Assembly: GCA_963664015.2 (NCBI GenBank)
Contig: CAXXLF010000002.1
Location: 224,001-288,000 of the forward strand
Reading direction: 5' to 3'
Origin: Candidatus Binatia bacterium
Lineage (GTDB): Bacteria > Desulfobacterota > Binatia > UBA9968 > CAXXLF01
DNA: 64,000 nt
Shown here: piece by piece, positions 12,752 to 22,685 of the stretch
Layout of the letters: each line of letters starts with the position of its first letter
Numbering within the stretch: position 1 is the stretch's first letter
Program-made: the position numbers and the translations under genes
The notes under the pieces: generated by a model
Told to the model about the DNA's origin: nothing
Databases searched by the model: none
Seen by the model: the letters and a program-made list of their open reading frames with translations, nothing else

Positions 12752-13876
12752 TTACTGTTCTAAAGGTTTCCCTTTCATTAACTCCAGGAACCTACGAAAG
12801 AGATAGCTTGCGTCATGGGGACCAGGAGAGGACTCAGGGTGATACTGGACTGAAAATATGGGTAGATCCTTGTGAGCCAATCCCTCCACCGTGCAGTCAT
12901 TTAAGTTGACATGGGTAACCATGGCTGTCCCTTCCAACGAATGGGCATCCAAAGCAAATCCGTGGTTCTGTACGGTAATCTCTACTTTCCGGGTTGTAAG
13001 ATCCATGACCGGTTGATTGCCGCCATGATGGCCGAATTTGAGCTTAAAGGTCGTGCCCCCTAGGGCCAGGCCGAGTATCTGGTGGCCCAAACAAATACCG
13101 AAAATGGGTTTCTTGCCGATGAGCTTACCCACAATCTCTCTTGCATAGGGTACCGCATCGGGATCACCGGGACCGTTGGAGAGGAAGATGCCGTCGGGAT
13201 TCCACCCAAGGACTTCCTCCGCCGGTGTCGATGCCGGGACCACATTGACCCGACACCCCGACTCGACAAGATTCCTGAGAATCGTGCTTTTGATTCCGTA
13301 GTCATAGGCAACCACAAAGAAATCCGAACGTTGTGCGTAGGGGTACCCCTTGCCTAACTCCCAGGTCCCATTTTCCCAGACGTAGGGCGACTGACAGGTC
13401 ACTTCCCGAACCAGATCCCTTCCCACGAGGCCGGGAGAGGCCTTGGCCATAGCAACGAGTTCTTCCGAACTGCGATCGAGTGTCGAGATGATCCCCTCCT
13501 GGGCACCATGATCTCGAATATGTCGGACCAGTGAGCGAGTATCGATTTCTTCAATGCCCACAATCCCGTGCTCACCCATATACTCATGCAACGGTCGGGC
13601 GGATCTCCAGCTACTGGGGATAGGGCAGTACTCCTTAACGATAAATCCGCCCATAAAGGGTTTCCGAGACTCGACGTCTTCTAAATTGACACCCACATTA
13701 CCGATCTCCGGACAGGTCATGGCCACCATCTGTCCCTGGTAGGAAGGGTCCGTGAGTATCTCCTGGTAGCCGGTCATGCTCGTATTGAAGACGACCTCAC
13801 CTCGTGCCTCCCCCTCACCGCCAAAAGACCGCCCCGTATAGGTCCGCCCATCAGCCAATGCCAGCATCGCCTTCAT
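12752..13876 (-). CDS. carA: Carbamoyl-phosphate synthase small subunit
   Basis: [28 protein letters not shown] and QYHPE motifs. Confidence 0.99.
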   Translation of the reverse strand: MKAMLALADGRTYTGRSFGGEGEARGEVVFNTSMTGYQEILTDPSYQGQMVAMTCPEIGNVGVNLEDVESRKPFMGGFIVKEYCPIPSSWRSARPLHEYMGEHGIVGIEEIDTRSLVRHIRDHGAQEGIISTLDRSSEELVAMAKASPGLVGRDLVREVTCQSPYVWENGTWELGKGYPYAQRSDFFVVAYDYGIKSTILRNLVESGCRVNVVPASTPAEEVLGWNPDGIFLSNGPGDPDAVPYAREIVGKLIGKKPIFGICLGHQILGLALGGTTFKLKFGHHGGNQPVMDLTTRKVEITVQNHGFALDAHSLEGTAMVTHVNLNDCTVEGLAHKDLPIFSVQYHPESSPGPHDASYLFRRFLELMKGKPLEQ

Positions 13877-15831
13877 CTGACAACGTTATCCTTACCGGGC
13901 TTCGTTGGATTGATGAGCGAATAGATAACCACTTTGTCCCGTTCCCCCTTTTCGACCTCCCGGAGTTTAACTCGAACCCTTTCCCGTTGCGAACTGGGAA
14001 TATTCTTGCCGATGTAGTTAGGCTTGACCGGAACCTCTCGATGGCCCCGATCAATCAAGACGGCCAGACGTACCGATTCTGGGCGGCCGGATTTGAAAAC
14101 TATACTGAGCGCTCTCTTCACGGTTCTGCCCGTATGGATCACGTCATCGACAAGCACGACGGAGCGACCCTGGAGGTTAATTGGCGCACCGTCGGAATCC
14201 ATTATGGAAGGCCCCGATGGTTCCTCGCCCGTGGCACTATAGACCTCAACCTCCCCCATTTCGATATTTCGCCCCTCACGCTCCTCCATCCGTGCGGCAA
14301 CCCGCTTGGCAATGTATACTCCCTTGGTGCGTATGCCGAGCACAAGTAGACGGTTCAAGTCCTTTGTCTCGCTCTGGATTTCCTCGGTCATTTTATCGAT
14401 AGCTGCCTGGATTTCACTTTCGTCCATAACGCTACGTTGAGGTCCGCTCTTATAGGGTTCATACCCCAGCTCTTCGGCCTGTTTGATGGAGTCGAATACG
14501 GAAAGCTCGCCGAGCCCGATCCAACTACGCGCGGTTTCCTCGAGCATGAGGTCGTAGGAACAATACCGTTTGGATTTGGAATGGCCGATGAGACGAATCT
14601 TGAGTTGATGATCACAATAGAGGCAGCGAAGGAACAGACCGCTTACCGGACTCGTAAAGAGGATCTCGAATCCAGCCTGCGTGGAGCCGGGCTCGTTGTG
14701 AGTCACACAATTGGCGTTGGTACATCGAGGGCCCGATGGTTCCGGGCTCTGGTAAAGAGCAAGCTTAACTGCCGGCCTCTTTGACTTCCCTGCGCCGAAC
14801 CGGTCCAGTAGGAATTTGATTAGCGCCATGCGAACCGGAACCCCATAGGCGGCTTGCTTGAAATAAATCCCCCGCGGGTCCTTATCGACCTCCGGGGCAA
14901 GCTCGTCCACCCGTGGCAATGGATGCATCACCAGCGTTTCCTTGAAGCCCTTGGCCTTGAGGAACCTCTCGTCAATTCTGGGGTAGTCGGATTGGCCTTC
15001 CGTTGTCTCCTGGGACCCCCGCTCCTTCTGTTGCCTCGTGACGTAGAAGGCATCCAACTTGCGCCCCGTTGCCATCTGGTTCAAACGGTTATGGATCTCC
15101 GTGTTGGCTTGGGTAAATAACGCTAGTTGATGGGGTTGACTGGGAGAAAGGTACACGGCATCTGTCGAGGTGACTACGGTTTTGAGATCGTCCGATATGA
15201 CAGGGATTGGACTATAGTGAAATTGGGTGTCCAGCCTTTCAATCACGTACTGAGGGATCTCCATCCCCGGGGCTGCCAGAATGATGACATGGGCGCCGAA
15301 TCGGGCCAGCGCGTAAACCAGCGAATGAATGGTTCGCCCGTGCTTCATATCTCCGCAGATGACCACTGTCAGACCGTTAAGTTTCCCCTTTTCTTTTCTA
15401 AGGGTATAGAGATCGCAGAGGGTTTGAGTGGGATGCTCATGGCTCCCGTCGCCGGCATTGATTATCGGGACATCGGCATGTTCCGCCATGGCTTTCACGG
15501 CGCCATCCCAATAATGCCGGATCACAAGGAGATCCGCATAACTGGACACTACCTTGGCCGTATCCGCTATGCTTTCTCCTTTAGTCGCTGACGAAGACTT
15601 CATATCGGGACAGCTGATAACGGCGCCGCCCAAGCGGTGCATGGCTGACTCGAAGGAAAGTCGAGTCCGGGTGCTGGGTTCATAGAAAAGCGTGGCCATG
15701 ATCTTTCCCATCTCCATGGTGTGTGCCACCCGCCCGGAATCGGTCGGGTTCATCTCGTCAGCCAGGGAAAAAATTTCTTCAATTTCCTGGTTGGAAAGAT
15801 CGGCAATGGTTATGAGATCCCGTCGGTCCAT
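13873..15831 (-). CDS. pyrB: Aspartate carbamoyltransferase multidomain fusion: PyrB + PyrI Zn domain + Ada-metal-binding-like module + PyrR-like PRT domain
   Basis: aa 1-345: [40 protein letters not shown]. aa ~370-407: CTNANC...CLYC. aa ~414-462: IGHSKSKRY...[16 protein letters not shown]. aa ~468-640: [27 protein letters not shown]. Confidence 0.93.
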   Translation of the reverse strand: MDRRDLITIADLSNQEIEEIFSLADEMNPTDSGRVAHTMEMGKIMATLFYEPSTRTRLSFESAMHRLGGAVISCPDMKSSSATKGESIADTAKVVSSYADLLVIRHYWDGAVKAMAEHADVPIINAGDGSHEHPTQTLCDLYTLRKEKGKLNGLTVVICGDMKHGRTIHSLVYALARFGAHVIILAAPGMEIPQYVIERLDTQFHYSPIPVISDDLKTVVTSTDAVYLSPSQPHQLALFTQANTEIHNRLNQMATGRKLDAFYVTRQQKERGSQETTEGQSDYPRIDERFLKAKGFKETLVMHPLPRVDELAPEVDKDPRGIYFKQAAYGVPVRMALIKFLLDRFGAGKSKRPAVKLALYQSPEPSGPRCTNANCVTHNEPGSTQAGFEILFTSPVSGLFLRCLYCDHQLKIRLIGHSKSKRYCSYDLMLEETARSWIGLGELSVFDSIKQAEELGYEPYKSGPQRSVMDESEIQAAIDKMTEEIQSETKDLNRLLVLGIRTKGVYIAKRVAARMEEREGRNIEMGEVEVYSATGEEPSGPSIMDSDGAPINLQGRSVVLVDDVIHTGRTVKRALSIVFKSGRPESVRLAVLIDRGHREVPVKPNYIGKNIPSSQRERVRVKLREVEKGERDKVVIYSLINPTKPGKDNVVR

Positions 15832-15840
15832 TGAACTCCT

Positions 15841-16413
15841 CTAAGATTGACTCGGTGGCCGCACCTTCCGGGGCTGGTCCCCTCCCACGACAACCCGGTC
15901 GATTCCGTCCGCTTCGCGAAACAACACATTGACCCGTTGGCCCTCCGAAACGCGGACATTCTTCCCTACGATGTCTGCCTTAATGGGCAACTCCCTGTCC
16001 CCACGGTCAACCAGAACCGCGACGAGAATTTTTATCGGATTTCCCATTTGAGTGATCAGATCGAGCGCTACCCGGGTGGTCCGCCCCGTGTAGATCACAT
16101 CGTCTACTAGAAAAACGACCCGGTCATCTAGGGAAAACGGAAACGAAATAGGGGATTGGAGCCCCGTACCCACGTCTCTTGCCAGGTCGTCCCGGAATGA
16201 CGTCACATCCATACTTTCCACGGCAATTACGCTAGAATTTAAGGCTTCTATCCGTTGCGCGATCCGCTTCACCAGATAGCCGCCTCGGGTTTCGATACCC
16301 ACGACGGCGAAGTTCTGCCCTTTCTCAATCTGCTCGAGGATCTCATGGGCCATGCGGGTGATCGCCCGCTCCATATCCTCACCCTCTAAAAGGATCTCTT
16401 CTTGGTTTTCCAT
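15841..16413 (-). CDS. pyrR: Pyrimidine operon attenuation regulator / UPRTase PyrR
   Basis: RAITRMAHEILE, VGIETRG, FRDDL, VDDVIYTGRT, DRGDRELPI and VGKN motifs. Start placed at ATG 16413 because the longer ORF start falls in the terminator U-tract. Confidence 0.93.
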   Translation of the reverse strand: MENQEEILLEGEDMERAITRMAHEILEQIEKGQNFAVVGIETRGGYLVKRIAQRIEALNSSVIAVESMDVTSFRDDLARDVGTGLQSPISFPFSLDDRVVFLVDDVIYTGRTTRVALDLITQMGNPIKILVAVLVDRGDRELPIKADIVGKNVRVSEGQRVNVLFREADGIDRVVVGGDQPRKVRPPSQS

Positions 16414-16426
16414 AAATATACTAGGC

Positions 16427-16460
16427 AAAAAAAGACCCCAACGGGATTACCGCCAGGGTC
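16427..16460 (-). terminator. Intrinsic terminator (attenuator) in the pyr leader
   Basis: Minus strand reads GACCCTGGCGG-TAATC-CCGTTGGGGTC followed by a T-run, just upstream of pyrR. Confidence 0.85.
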
Positions 16461-16515
16461 ATTTTGAAGACAAGGTGAATGAATATTATAGAATTTATAC
16501 TTATGAATCATCGTA

Positions 16516-16550
16516 TCCCTTCCCAACCTCACTGGATTGGTTTTAAAGGA
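16516..16550 (-). promoter_or_regulatory. PyrR-binding RNA element (anti-antiterminator stem-loop)
   Basis: Minus strand reads TCCTTTAAAACCAATCCAGTGAGGTTGGGAAGGGA. It has the CUUUAA motif and the ARUCCNGNGAGGYU-type loop of PyrR sites, closed by a TCCTT/AGGGA stem. Confidence 0.9.
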
Positions 16551-16558
16551 CCATCATT

Positions 16559-16587
16559 TGTATATTCCCTACCCGGTTGGATGTCAA
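16559..16587 (-). promoter_or_regulatory. Sigma70-like promoter of the pyr operon
   Basis: TTGACA-N17-TATACA on the minus strand immediately upstream of the PyrR element. Confidence 0.65.
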
Positions 16588-16699
16588 GGTCCGCATTTCA
16601 AGACCTTGACCGCCAACCGGGGCTATAGTAAAAGGCCCCTTTGGACCGAAGGCCTCATGTTTAAAGACTAATCGAACTATCCCAATTGGAGGTACCATT

Positions 16700-17794
16700 A
16701 TGAACTTAATGAAAGGATTGGGAGCAATCCTGAGCATTGCCTTTTTGACGGTTACGCTTGGTTTTACTCCAACCATCACAGAAGCTGCTTCATTACGTGA
16801 TCAAATGATCGCCAAGGCCAAGTAAGGAAGGCCAGTTCGTCGTGGCTGGCAACAACGCCCACAACTTCCGCGACGAGTTCAAAGGGTTTAAGAGGAAATA
16901 CCCGTTTATCACCGTTAAAGCCTTAACGGCCGACACCGGCGACACCATTAACCGGAGCTCCGCCGAAGCAAAGGCAGATAAGCTTAGCCTTGATTTGCCC
17001 GCTATCAGCAGCGACGGCTTGGAATTACTCGCCAAGGCTATCTTCGTAGACAAGATGGAGTTTCCGCGCCTGAAGGACTTTGCAGAGGGGACCAAACCGC
17101 GTAGTGGAATCTATGTGCAAGCTTTTTTTAACTCAAGGGTACAAGGCCTCTACAATACAAAGATAATCAAACCAAGTGAAGCACCCAAGTCCTGGGAAGA
17201 CATGGTGGATCCCAAATGGACCGGGAAGACCATGCTTTCTCGCTCTTCCGAGGACCTTCCTGCACAGCTGACCTATCTTTGGGCCAAGGGTGGGAAGCTG
17301 AACTGGGAGCGTGCCTTCGACCTGTTCAGAAAGTTGTAGTCCCATAATCCTGTTATTGGACGCGGGTACAGCGGCGGTGCGCAGAGGGTTGCCGCAGGCG
17401 AGGTGCCATCTTCTGGTTTTGCCCTGCTACTCTTCCTGCACTGTTAAACCTGGAAAAAGGGGCTCCTGTAAGCCTCATCGCGTTGACCAAGTACTTCGGC
17501 GGCCTGCGATCTTGGAGCGTATTTAAGGATGCTCCCCATCCGGTTTCGGCCTGGCTGTTGATGGCATACATCACTTCCCCCCAGGGGCAATTTGAATTTA
17601 CCGACAAGGTGGCCGGCTTTATCCCGCTGAACCGGAAGGCCAAAACGGGCGCGTTGGCGCAATGGATGGTTGATCGTGGCGGCAAGGTCGAGAATATGGA
17701 CTTGATAGATCTGAGTAACTTGAAGGAGATTTATTCTGACGAGATCCAGAAAAAACAGGAGGGGTTCTTCTTCAAGCTTTTGGGCCTCAGGTAA
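16700..17794 (+). pseudogene. ABC substrate-binding protein (Fe3+/thiamine-type family), disrupted
   Basis: GGAGG RBS, ATG at 16700 and a signal peptide. +1 frameshift at AKAK/KEG (~16823), TAG at 17337 and further shifts. Motifs PKSWEDMVDPKWTG and APHPVSAWL. Confidence 0.8.
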
Positions 17795-17869
17795 CGACTT
17801 TTTTACCCCTGTCATTCGGAAGTGGGGTGGGCCGTGTAAGCTAAAAACTTGCTGAAGGCCAATTGGAGA

Positions 17870-19629
17870 ATGGAAGCTACTGTTAATATACAGGCCTTCC
17901 GCGCCATGCGGTGGCTCGGTCTCGATGGCAAGCGCCTTGTTTTCTGGAGCTTGACCCTAATCTTAGGTGTCTTCGTCTTGGTTCCCCTGAGCCTTTTGGT
18001 CTTGAACAGCCTGGGCATGTAGGTATAGGGGAACTGGGTTTTGGCCTGAGCAATTTCAACCTCGGCAACTACATCGAAGCCTACTCCAATCCGTCGACCT
18101 TCAAAATGCTCCTGAACTCGTTCCTGTTTGCTTTTGGATCGATAGGGGTCCCGTCTTCTTCGGGGGGACTTTGGCATTTTTGTCCGAGCGTACTAATTTT
18201 CGCTGGCGTGCGCTCATCCCCTTATTGGTCATGGTCCCCCTCATCATGCCTTCCGTGGTGAAGGGAACCGCCTGGATTTTTCTTCTCTCGCCCAGGATCG
18301 GCTTGCTCAACATGGCCGGGATGTCCCTGGGCTTCGAGTCACCCTTGTTCAGCGCCTACTCCCTACCCGCCATGATCTGGGTGGAAGGGATCAGCATGAG
18401 CACCCTCGCCTTTCTTTTGGTTGGGGCCACTCTACGGCAGATGGATCCGTCCTTGGAAGAGGCTGGCTTCGGAAGTGGAGCGTCGTCAGGGACGGTGTTG
18501 ACTCGGGTGACCCTCCCCCTGATGGCACCCGGGCTTGCAGGCGTAGCGACTCTGCTGTTTATCCGAGGGCTCGAGACCTTTGAAGGGCCTATGTTATTGA
18601 GGTTCAGCAATGGTATATTTGTGTTCAGCACCAACATTTACTACTCCCTGCGTACCTCCCTCCCTCCCAACTATGGGCTGGGGTTTGCCTACAGCATGAC
18701 GTTGGTGGTGATGACTCTGGGGGCGCTTATCATTTACCAAAGCAGTTCAAGCGTTCCGAGCAGTACACGGTCGTTACGGGAAAAGGGTACCGCCCTCGGA
18801 CCATCGGCCTGGGCTCATGGCGCTATCAGGCCTGGGGCTTTGTGGGATTTTACCTGATATTCGCTATCTTGTTACCGCTCTTTATTTTGATCTGGGGATC
18901 CTTGCTGCCTTATTATAAACCGCCTTCTGCAGTGGGCCTATCTCTAGTGAGTTTGGAAAACTACAGGGAACTCTTCGAATCTGAAAGCCTAGTGCCTGTG
19001 ATCATGAACACAATCATCTTGGGTGGGGTGAGCAGCGTTACCATCATGTTTCTTTCGGTACTGTCATCGTGGTTCATTTACCGGACTGACATTCGCGGCC
19101 GCAAGGTGCTCGATTTTATAGTGTTTCTGCCCTATGCGGTCTCCAGGCTTGCCGTAGGGGTGGCCTTTATGATCGTTTCCCTCTCCTTTCCCAACCCGAT
19201 CATAATACCATCTGGATAATTGTACTGGCGTAAATCGTAAACTATCTACCCATCGGTACACGATTTACCAATGCGGCCATCGTACAGGTCCATAAGGAGT
19301 TGGAAGAGGCGGCCATGGCCAGCGGGGCCGGTTTTTTGACCAGGGTACTGCGAATTTGGATGCCTTTGTTGCCCCCCGCCTTGATCAACGGTTTTCTTTT
19401 TGTCTTTATTCTGAGTTTTAAGATTATGTCCATCGCCACTCTGCTCCAGAGCTCTGACAATATGGTGTTGGCGGTGTTTTTATGGCGTCTTTGGGACACC
19501 GGAGATTCGGGCCAGGCCGCAGCGCTAGCGGTACTGATGATCGTTGTTTTGGGCACCTTGACGTCATTAGCCCGCTATTTCACCCGTAGCACTTCCGCTT
19601 TCAAAGAGATCTCAGACGAATCGGGTTGA
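17870..19629 (+). pseudogene. FbpB-type ABC permease (two BPD_transp_1 repeats), multiply frameshifted
   Basis: Fragments 17911-18261, 18171-18857, 18842-19219 and 19300-19629. Two EAA loops (DPSLEEAG, ELEEAA). Confidence 0.85.
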
Positions 19630-19708
19630 TAGGACACCAAGTCATCCCTTTCTCTTTCTAAATTGTGATCGAATTTGGTAAGGCGAAAGATAGAGCACGG
19701 AAAGTGGA

Positions 19709-20452
19709 TCAGTAATGCTCGCCCTCTTTGAGTGTCTTGATGGAGGCACGAATCCGGGCAGGAGACTTCACTTTGTGTTTATACAGGAGGAAGGGCCAGG
19801 CACGATAGGGATTTTCCAACCTCGCTTCGACCCGACCTCTTTCCGCGTCCGCAAAGGGTTTGGGAGTCGTGAAGCTCATGAGAAAGAGCTGGTCTTCGCA
19901 GGCTCGCTCCAGTTGAATTGCCGTAATAGAGGTCCCCTCCACACCCGGTCCACCCACGACGATTCCGTGTCCCTTTAGAAACATCGCGTAGTGTTTTCCC
20001 AGGGCCTTTGCCATCAGCTCGGCCAATCCTTCATTGTTGATACCTTTGCTATTGGGGAAGATCGGCACACCATCAGCAAACATCCTCGCCTCGCGGTTAA
20101 ACGGGATCAATCCCTGTTCCTGCAGTCCCATAAGGATCGAGTAGCGGGCATGGCAATGAAGAACGCTTCCGATGTCGGGCCGGTTGCGATAAGTTGCAGT
20201 GTGGATCGGAGTTTCAGAGGGGAGCGGTCCCTTGCCGGCGATCCGTTTGCCCCCAAAGTTGACGGTGCAAATATCTTTAGGGGTAGCTAAAACCCCGGGA
20301 AACCGGGGATTGATCAAGAAGGTCTCTGTTCCCGGGATCCTAACACTCAGATGGCCCGACCCGGTTAGGATTCCCTCACCTGTCAATACCTTCAATCCTT
20401 CCACCAAACGTTCTTTTAAACTGGAGACACTGGTCTTTTTCACTGAAGCCAT
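19709..20452 (-). CDS. Class II aldolase/adducin family protein (copy 1)
   Basis: GHLSVR, PSETPIH, HCH and LKGHG metal-binding motifs. Confidence 0.9.
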   Translation of the reverse strand: MASVKKTSVSSLKERLVEGLKVLTGEGILTGSGHLSVRIPGTETFLINPRFPGVLATPKDICTVNFGGKRIAGKGPLPSETPIHTATYRNRPDIGSVLHCHARYSILMGLQEQGLIPFNREARMFADGVPIFPNSKGINNEGLAELMAKALGKHYAMFLKGHGIVVGGPGVEGTSITAIQLERACEDQLFLMSFTTPKPFADAERGRVEARLENPYRAWPFLLYKHKVKSPARIRASIKTLKEGEHY

Positions 20453-20599
20453 AGGTTTAAATCCCCATTCTAAATTGTCTTAACACAATGGGACAGCGTC
20501 TATTGAACTTCCTCTCAGGCGACGCTCCCCAAAGATCAGTTATAAGCGTAAACGTTTCGTATTCTTAGTGTCAAGTTCGGAGGTCGATAGGTCCCCGAT

Positions 20600-21409
20600 C
20601 TAATCCTGCCCGAGAACGAAGTAACGATAAACAATATCGTGGCGCGTTTCGTGGTTGTCCCATCTGAACCTGGCCGCCGCCATGGCCTTGCGTTGAAGTT
20701 CCTGTGTGGTGCAGTATTTCCTTAGAATATTTTCGCAGATGTCGCCGTGCTCGTCATTGGCGTTACCGTGAACGGTATAAAATTCCAGAGCGGACTCGGG
20801 AAGGCCGTAGAATTTCTTTAGTGCTTCTCCCTCACCCATGAGTTTCCGATCTCCGTGTTCTTCTTTAGGAGTATAACGCCGCCACATCTGGCCTTCCGTA
20901 GCGTAGGTCGAGGCCAGTCCCTCCAGCCAGCCATGGTGCTTCGCAAAACTGAAGATCGCGTCAACCGTATACCGATATGCGGGTACCACGTCGCTAAAAC
21001 TCGCTAGCTCATCCCTGGAGATCCCAAGTCCCTCGGCTACCTTGACCCACATTTCGTAGTGTGCACCCAGTTCCCCCCCAAAGAGGTCCTGGCCCTCTTC
21101 GTCGATATATTTTCTCATCAAGAGTCTCCTGGCATCGGAAATAGGACAATTGGCGATAATCTGAGCATCCTTTCGATTGATGTTGGCAAGAAAATAGTAA
21201 CGGTTCTTCACGTACTCAACCACGGCCTTTTTTGATACGCTGCCCCCTGCCAGGGCAATATTCCACGGATGGGGTTGCTTGATTCGACCTTCCTTGACGT
21301 ATCGTCTGCGTTCCAGCCATATATTGGCAATAAACTCGGCCGGTGCCAGTCCAGGGGTTCCTTCTTCAAGTTGTAGATCCGAAGACATGGTAAGCACAAC
21401 GTTTTCCAT
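20600..21409 (-). CDS. PqqC/CADD/TenA-like heme-oxygenase-like diiron protein (HDO copy 1)
   Basis: PqqC-like NRYY..KDA.I.ANCP segment plus DEEG...H, E and FYTVHGNANDEH ligand-type motifs. Confidence 0.82.
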   Translation of the reverse strand: MENVVLTMSSDLQLEEGTPGLAPAEFIANIWLERRRYVKEGRIKQPHPWNIALAGGSVSKKAVVEYVKNRYYFLANINRKDAQIIANCPISDARRLLMRKYIDEEGQDLFGGELGAHYEMWVKVAEGLGISRDELASFSDVVPAYRYTVDAIFSFAKHHGWLEGLASTYATEGQMWRRYTPKEEHGDRKLMGEGEALKKFYGLPESALEFYTVHGNANDEHGDICENILRKYCTTQELQRKAMAAARFRWDNHETRHDIVYRYFVLGQD

Positions 21410-21581
21410 CGGTTACCCTCCAGTTTCAACTGTGTGTATATTTCGCCCTTCGTTAGCGTAATGTCAAGGGACTCTAAACTCTTGACTCACTTTGTTTCGC
21501 ATGATAGCGCTACCTACAAGTATCCAAAAAGATTAAGAGAATCATTGTAATACATTACCTTATTTAAAGGAGGGATAGTCT

Positions 21582-22622
21582 ATGGCGGCAATACTTTACA
21601 TGGGCACACGTAAAGGGGTTGTGACTCTTAAGAGTGATGACGGGCGATCATGGAAGACCGAGAATCATGCCTTACAGGACTGGGAAATACCCAAGATAGC
21701 CGTGGATCCCTCTGCCCCCAATCGAATCTTTGCCGGCACGAAAGGAGATGGGGTTTGGCTCAGCGAAGACTTCGGTAATAAGTGGAGAAAACCCTGCTAT
21801 GGAAAGCGCGGACCAGGTAAGGTCAGGGGCATTACTATTGATCCCCATGATTCAAACACGATCTATGCGGGCACCGAACCCATCGACATCTTTGTAAGCC
21901 GGGACGGGGCCAAGAGTTGGACCCGGTTGGACGCTGTCTGGGATATTCCTTTTGTCGCAACGGTTCCGTACCCAGTGTCGACTGTCGAGCCCCACGTCAG
22001 AGAGGTCACCATTGACCCCAAAGACCCCAATACGATCTATGCCGCTCTTCAAGTCGGTTATATCTTAAAGAGCACCGACGGAGGAGCCAGTTGGAAACTC
22101 CTGGATAAGGAGCTGGATTGCGATGTGCACACCATTGTGATCGATCCGGACAATACCAACAATATTTTCATCGCAACCGGAGGCCATGACTCCAGGCTCG
22201 GTAAGGCCAAGGGACGGGCCCTCTACATGAGCACCGACGCTGGCGAGAAGTGGAACCCCATCGCCATGGAGTTCACCCAGGAGTATTCCGTCCCGCTTAT
22301 CATGCATCCCAAGAACCCCAAAGTCATGTTAGCCGGCCTGGCTCATGGTCAGCCGAACCAGTGGCGCCGGGACACGGGCGCAGAGTCGCTGATCGTCAGG
22401 ACCGGTGACGGTGGATCCAAATGGGAGAAGCTGGACGGTGGACTTTCTGCGGTCGCCCAGGGCTTTCCAGAGGCCATTGCCTTCGATGGCTCTAACCCGG
22501 AACACCTTTACACTGCGACAAGGGGTGGGGAGCTCTTTGGAAGTAAAGACAACGGTGTGTCATGGGCAAAGTTTGATGTTAAAACCCCATCGGTAGCTGA
22601 TTTGAAATGCGTCCACGCGTAG
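21582..22622 (+). CDS. BNR/Asp-box beta-propeller protein, no signal peptide (copy 1)
   Basis: Repeated S-x-D-x-G-x-x-W Asp-boxes and IDP-x-DP/N-x-IYA blades. Strong GGAGG RBS. Confidence 0.88.
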   Translation: MAAILYMGTRKGVVTLKSDDGRSWKTENHALQDWEIPKIAVDPSAPNRIFAGTKGDGVWLSEDFGNKWRKPCYGKRGPGKVRGITIDPHDSNTIYAGTEPIDIFVSRDGAKSWTRLDAVWDIPFVATVPYPVSTVEPHVREVTIDPKDPNTIYAALQVGYILKSTDGGASWKLLDKELDCDVHTIVIDPDNTNNIFIATGGHDSRLGKAKGRALYMSTDAGEKWNPIAMEFTQEYSVPLIMHPKNPKVMLAGLAHGQPNQWRRDTGAESLIVRTGDGGSKWEKLDGGLSAVAQGFPEAIAFDGSNPEHLYTATRGGELFGSKDNGVSWAKFDVKTPSVADLKCVHA

Positions 22623-22685
22623 ATATGACTTAGAAGCTATGCATTCCTCGAAACTACAAAATGTAAAAAGGGCTAGGAGGTTTTT

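Noticed and set aside
16414-16428. Longer pyrR start (MPSIF...) given by the ORF track
   Set aside because: That TTG lies in the terminator U-tract. Homology to PyrR begins at ATG 16413.
21462-21487. TGTCAAG-N-CTTGAC inverted pair as a transcription-factor operator (similar pair at ~33543-33574)
   Set aside because: Spacing differs between the two sites. It is more simply explained as back-to-back -35 boxes of divergent promoters.
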